48,471 nucleotides of DNA. It comes from a virus. The first letter of the stretch is position 1. Every line of letters begins with the position of its first letter. A program made the position numbers and the translations under genes. Positions 44,710-48,471 of this stretch are shown here, piece after piece. The notes below the pieces were generated by a model. That model had not been told where the DNA came from. It searched no databases and worked only from the letters and a program-made list of their open reading frames with translations. The stretch lies in IMG/VR virus record IMGVR_UViG_3300026302_000106, positions 1-48,471 of that record. The stretch is one strand, 5' to 3'.

Positions 44710-46044
44710 ATGGCCATCGCGGCGCGCCTGGACCTTGAGCCCGCCGATGCGGTGCGCTTTTTCGCCGCCAAGGGCGAGGCGCGGAGCTGGGACTACACGG
44801 ACACCTGGCGCGAAGCCAACGTGCACGCCTTCACCGTGGCCAAGGCCACGACGACGGAGGTGCTGCGCACGATCCGCGCCGAGGTGGCCAAGTCGATCGG
44901 CGAGGGCCAGACCTTCGAGGCCTTCAAGAAGGCGCTGCGCCCGCGCCTGGAAGAGCTGGGCTGGTGGGGCCGCCAGCAAGTACTCGACGGCGACACCGGC
45001 GAGGTGAGCAGCGTGCAGCTGGGCAGCAACCGCCGGCTGCGCACGATCTACCAGACCAACGTGCAGACGGCCTACATGGCCGGCCGCTACAAGCGCTACC
45101 TGGACAACGTGGCCGACCGGCCGTACTGGCAGTACGTGGCGGTGATGGACAGCCGCACGCGGCCCGAGCACGCGGCGCTGAACGGCAAGGTGTGGCGCTG
45201 GGACGATCCGATCTGGGAGGTGATCTGGCCGCCCAACGGCTGGGGCTGTCGCTGCCGCAGCGTGGCCCTGACCGAGGCCGAGTTCCAGGCGCTGGGCGTG
45301 GCGCTGGAGCGCGGCGCCGACGCCATCGTCGAGCTGCAGGTGCCCGTCGGCCGCGAAGGCCGAACGGTGACCGTGCAGGGCGTGCGCTACCTCGATTCGA
45401 CCGGCAAGGAGCAGGTGTTCCGGCCCGATCCGGGCTGGGACTACAACCCGGGCGCCGAGTGGTCGCGGTTCGATCCGGCGGGCTTCAGGTCGGAAGCCGA
45501 CGCCGGCCGATCGCTGACGGCAGCGCCGGCCGCGAAGCCGATTCGGTCGATCGCCGGCATCCCCACCTGGCAGGACGTCGGCCGGCCGGACCTGCGCCTG
45601 CTCGATCCGGCCTGGCGGCTGCCGGATCCCGGCGAGCTGCCGGCCGCGAGCGACCGCGACACCGCGCATCGCATGATGGTCGACGTGCTGCTGGCGGGCG
45701 CGTCGACGCGCACCGTGAAGACACCGATCGAGGACGTGGTCATCCGGCGCGAGCTGCTACCGCACGTGACGGAGAAAGAGCAGGACGCGCGCGAGCGCTA
45801 CGCCAACTACGTGCTGCCGGCGCTGCAACAGCCCTTCGAGGTGTGGTTGACGCCGTACGAGGACGGCACCTACCGAAAGCGCTACATCGGCCTGTTCCAG
45901 GCCAAGAACGATTTGCTGGTGGTAGTGCGCGAGAACCGCGACGGCGCGCTGAGCTGGGACGTCTACAACCTGATGCACGGCACCGCGAAGCGCCTGAATA
46001 AGCTCCGCGTCGGCACGCTGCTGTTCAGCGAGCTTGGCAGGTAG
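44710..46044 (+). CDS. Mu F (gp30) head morphogenesis protein with C-terminal nuclease-fold (PBECR-like) extension
   Basis: RLRTIYQTN, DSRTRPEH, PPNGWGCRC; extension with H...RERY...L.QPFEVW...KRYI. Confidence 0.85.
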   Translation: MAIAARLDLEPADAVRFFAAKGEARSWDYTDTWREANVHAFTVAKATTTEVLRTIRAEVAKSIGEGQTFEAFKKALRPRLEELGWWGRQQVLDGDTGEVSSVQLGSNRRLRTIYQTNVQTAYMAGRYKRYLDNVADRPYWQYVAVMDSRTRPEHAALNGKVWRWDDPIWEVIWPPNGWGCRCRSVALTEAEFQALGVALERGADAIVELQVPVGREGRTVTVQGVRYLDSTGKEQVFRPDPGWDYNPGAEWSRFDPAGFRSEADAGRSLTAAPAAKPIRSIAGIPTWQDVGRPDLRLLDPAWRLPDPGELPAASDRDTAHRMMVDVLLAGASTRTVKTPIEDVVIRRELLPHVTEKEQDARERYANYVLPALQQPFEVWLTPYEDGTYRKRYIGLFQAKNDLLVVVRENRDGALSWDVYNLMHGTAKRLNKLRVGTLLFSELGR

Positions 46045-46166
46045 GAGCGAAGGTGCGCGCCGGTCTCATGCTCTGGCTTGTGGCGGCTGCCTCGGCATCC
46101 CTAACGCCGGTCGACGGGGCTCGTCCCTATCGGGTTCGCGCGGCGCGCACGCAAGGAGTGTAGGCC

Positions 46167-46796
46167 ATGCAGAAATTCGAGGTCGACCCCGGCGGCAAGG
46201 CCGCCGCGCAGCTCAGCAAAGCCGCCCAGCAGCTCGCCGACGCCACGCCGCTGTTTCGCTCCATCGCCGGCCTACTGGAGCGGGAGACCGAGGCCAACTT
46301 CGCGGCCCAGGGCCGGCCGAGCTGGGTGCCGTTGTCGGCGAGCACAAAGGCCGAGCGGCTGCGGCGCAACAAAGGCGGCTCTGTGCTGAAGATCCTGCAG
46401 GACCGCGGCATCCTGGCGGCCAGCATCAGCAGCGCGCACGGGCCTGACTTCGCGCTCGTTGGCGCCGGCGGCGCCGCGAAGGACTACGCGGCGATCCACC
46501 AGTTCGGCGGCACCGTCGATGTGCCGGCCCACTCGGTCAAGACGCGCCTGCGCACCGACGCCAAGGGCGGCCTGGTGCGGCAGCAGGGCCACCAGAACCT
46601 GGCGGTGTTCGCCAAGGAGGGCCACAAGCGCGTCCGCGAGAGCTGGTCGACCGTCGACGCGCACAAGGTTCAGATCCCGGCGCGGCCCTATCTGCCGTTC
46701 AGCGGCCCGGCCGAGAGCGCCACCCTGCAGCCCGAGGTCGAGGGGTCGCTGCTCGACCTGATCGAGCGCCACCTGCAGGCCTCGACGGGCGGCTGA
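46167..46796 (+). CDS. Mu G (gp31) virion morphogenesis protein
   Basis: ILQDRGILAASI, YAAIHQFGG, IPARPYL. Confidence 0.9.
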   Translation: MQKFEVDPGGKAAAQLSKAAQQLADATPLFRSIAGLLERETEANFAAQGRPSWVPLSASTKAERLRRNKGGSVLKILQDRGILAASISSAHGPDFALVGAGGAAKDYAAIHQFGGTVDVPAHSVKTRLRTDAKGGLVRQQGHQNLAVFAKEGHKRVRESWSTVDAHKVQIPARPYLPFSGPAESATLQPEVEGSLLDLIERHLQASTGG

Positions 46797-46877
46797 GAGC
46801 GCCCGAGCGCCCCGAAAAACGGACCGCGCGGCCGTTTTGCGTCATGCGCAAGGCCTTTGCATAGTAGGTCCCTCAGA

Positions 46878-46947
46878 ATCCCGGTCGATCCCGCCCCATC
46901 CCGGATTTATCGCGCTCGACCGCCTGTGAATATCTCAGCTCCCCTCA
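46878..46947 (-). promoter_or_regulatory. Right phage end with two putative transposase sites and phased ATCCCG repeats
   Basis: Read inward: TGAGATATT (positions 11-19) and CGCGATAAA (34-42); 14-bp GCGCGATAAATCCG shared with the left end. Confidence 0.75.
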
Positions 46948-46953
46948 CGACGG
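46948..46953 (+). repeat. 6-bp target-site duplication, right copy (CGACGG)
   Basis: Follows the terminal CA; identical to 3716-3721. Confidence 0.92.
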
Positions 46954-47932
46954 CCACCGTCCGCAGGTAGTCCCTGTCACCCGAGCCCTCCTGGTAGGGG
47001 TAGCCGCAAATCTCGTCGAAAACTGCGGCGGGCAGGGCGTCGATGTCGTTGAGCAGGTCCAGGTGGCCCCAGCCTCGCAGCGCTGGGTAGAACCTGTCGA
47101 CGAATACATCGGCGGGCAGGGCGCGCTTGGCGTCCTCGAGTACGCGGCGCCACTCGGCACGCAGCGTGTTGTCGATGCGCTTGCGCTGCCGGTCTTCGTC
47201 GATCAGCTTGTCGCGATCGGGCAGCCGGGCCATGAACTGGCGCGGATCGAGGTGCAGCACGTTCGCGCGCTCCGACCAGTGGTAGATCGGGCGCAGCACG
47301 CAGAAGCCCTGCAGATAGACCAGGGTGTCGTGGCTGTGCTCGCCGTTGCGCGTGCCGCACAGGCGCAGGCCGCCGACGGGTGTCGCGGTGAGCGCCAGGT
47401 GCTCGGGGGCATGCGGGCGCTCGAGTGGCTTGCCGTTGAAGCACACCGGCACGGGGAAGCCCGCGCACAGCGTGGCGATGCGCGATGCCAGGTCGGGCAG
47501 GTCGACGCCGTGCAACTCGATCTGCGTGCCTTCGGAAGACGCCTCGACCAGTTCGATGACGTCGATCGGCGTTCGGGCGAGCGCCGCTTCGGTGTCGAAG
47601 TCCGCGCGCTGACCGCGTGAGCGGACGATGCAGCGCGACGCGGCGTAGAGGCACTTCGAGAACCCGACGCCGAACGGGTTCTCGGCGTCGCAGGTGGTTT
47701 CATCCCAGCCCGACTCGTTGAAGGTCAGCAGCTTCTGGAAGTCGTCGATGCCGCGGCCGTTGTCGCGGACGGTCAGCGTCCTGGTCTCGGCGTCGTGGTC
47801 GACAGTGATGAACGTGGCGCCCGCGCGTCGGGCGTTCTGGAGCAGTTCCGACACGAGGGTGAATCGGTCGGTGAAGGCGAAGCGCTGGTTGCGCAGCGCG
47901 CCTTCCTCGTTGATGCGGACTTGAATCTGCAT
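46948..47932 (-). pseudogene. 5' part of GHKL/HATPase ATP-binding protein gene interrupted by the prophage
   Basis: ELLQNARRAGA (N box), DNGRGI (G1), FGVGF (G2); frame runs into the phage end and stops at 46907. Confidence 0.9.
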
Positions 47933-47991
47933 GGTGGTTCTCCGGTATGGCGGGTGCCCCCGAAGGGACGCCCGCCTTTGGGGTGGATGAG

Positions 47992-48318
47992 TCAACCGCG
48001 CGGCGAGTCGAACTCGATCGGCGCGGTGAAGAGCTGGCCGGCATGCAAGGCCTCCAGCAGCGGGTGGTCGAGGAACTCGAACAGCAGCAGTTGCTGCACG
48101 TGCAGCGCGCGGCCGCGGCTGTCGAGCCGCTCGACCTGGAAGCCGAGCGGATGCCACTGCAGCCGGTAGGCAAGGCGGTCGGCGCCGGCGATCACGAAGG
48201 TGCGGCCGGGCCGGCCGGTGACGATCTCGCTCTCCTTGACGAGGTACTCGAGATCCTCCGGCGCGCGCACCGGCAGCAACAGCGCCGCGACACGCCCGGT
48301 CTGGGAAACGATGTGCAT
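47992..48318 (-). CDS. Hypothetical protein (ICE-like region)
   Basis: 108 aa with GAGGAG RBS. Confidence 0.6.
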   Translation of the reverse strand: MHIVSQTGRVAALLLPVRAPEDLEYLVKESEIVTGRPGRTFVIAGADRLAYRLQWHPLGFQVERLDSRGRALHVQQLLLFEFLDHPLLEALHAGQLFTAPIEFDSPRG

Positions 48319-48327
48319 GGCGGCTCC

Positions 48328-48471
48328 TCAGCGGACCGGCGTGGCGCCGGGCAGGCGATGGCCTTCGGCGCGCGAGGGCGGCGAAGGCGAATCGGTGGCG
48401 TCCAGGTGGGCGCCGAGTACGTGCAATGCGAGAACGGCCAGCACGCCGGCCGCGCGATAGAAGCGGGACAT
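48328..48471 (-). CDS. Short hypothetical protein
   Basis: 47-aa ORF MSRFYRAAGVLAVLALHVLG...; its stop overlaps the RBS of the next gene. Confidence 0.3.
   Translation of the reverse strand: MSRFYRAAGVLAVLALHVLGAHLDATDSPSPPSRAEGHRLPGATPVR

Larger units (their letters stand above)
3722..46947. mobile_element. Transposable (Mu/B3-like) prophage with non-contractile tail, apparently complete
   Basis: TGA...TCA termini, 6-bp TSD, DDE transposase + AAA ATPase, Gam, GemA, Mor, Mu-type terminase/portal/F/G/protease, tape measure, no sheath gene. Confidence 0.95.

Noticed and set aside
46907..48157. 416-aa ORF as an intact gene
   Set aside because: The real start is ATG 47932 (RBS present), and the last residues are read from the phage end; it is the 5' half of the split gene.

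Overview
GC-rich window, probably from a Betaproteobacterium (host is inferred). It holds a complete, apparently intact 43,226-bp transposable prophage (3722-46947, Mu/B3-like head and replication genes, siphovirus-type tail). The prophage has TG...CA ends and a 6-bp target duplication (CGACGG). It sits inside a GHKL-ATPase gene of an ICE/plasmid-like region (FlhD-like, DUF932, toprim genes), and removing it restores one 530-aa ORF. The main result is a five-gene operon at 30952-33233. It has a near-consensus sigma70 promoter with a palindromic operator, starts with an AcrIF12-like anti-CRISPR and ends with an Aca4/KorA-family HTH repressor. Between them lie three uncharacterised genes (helical protein, VWA-MIDAS protein, protein with an RMF-like motif), which are candidate new anti-defence factors. 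Other points: rearranged late-gene order, a shared late-promoter dyad (one copy bidirectional), an accessory fibre module with 14-aa repeats, a MuF protein with a nuclease-like tip and a BamE-like lipoprotein. All family assignments come from motifs and recalled sequences, not database searches.
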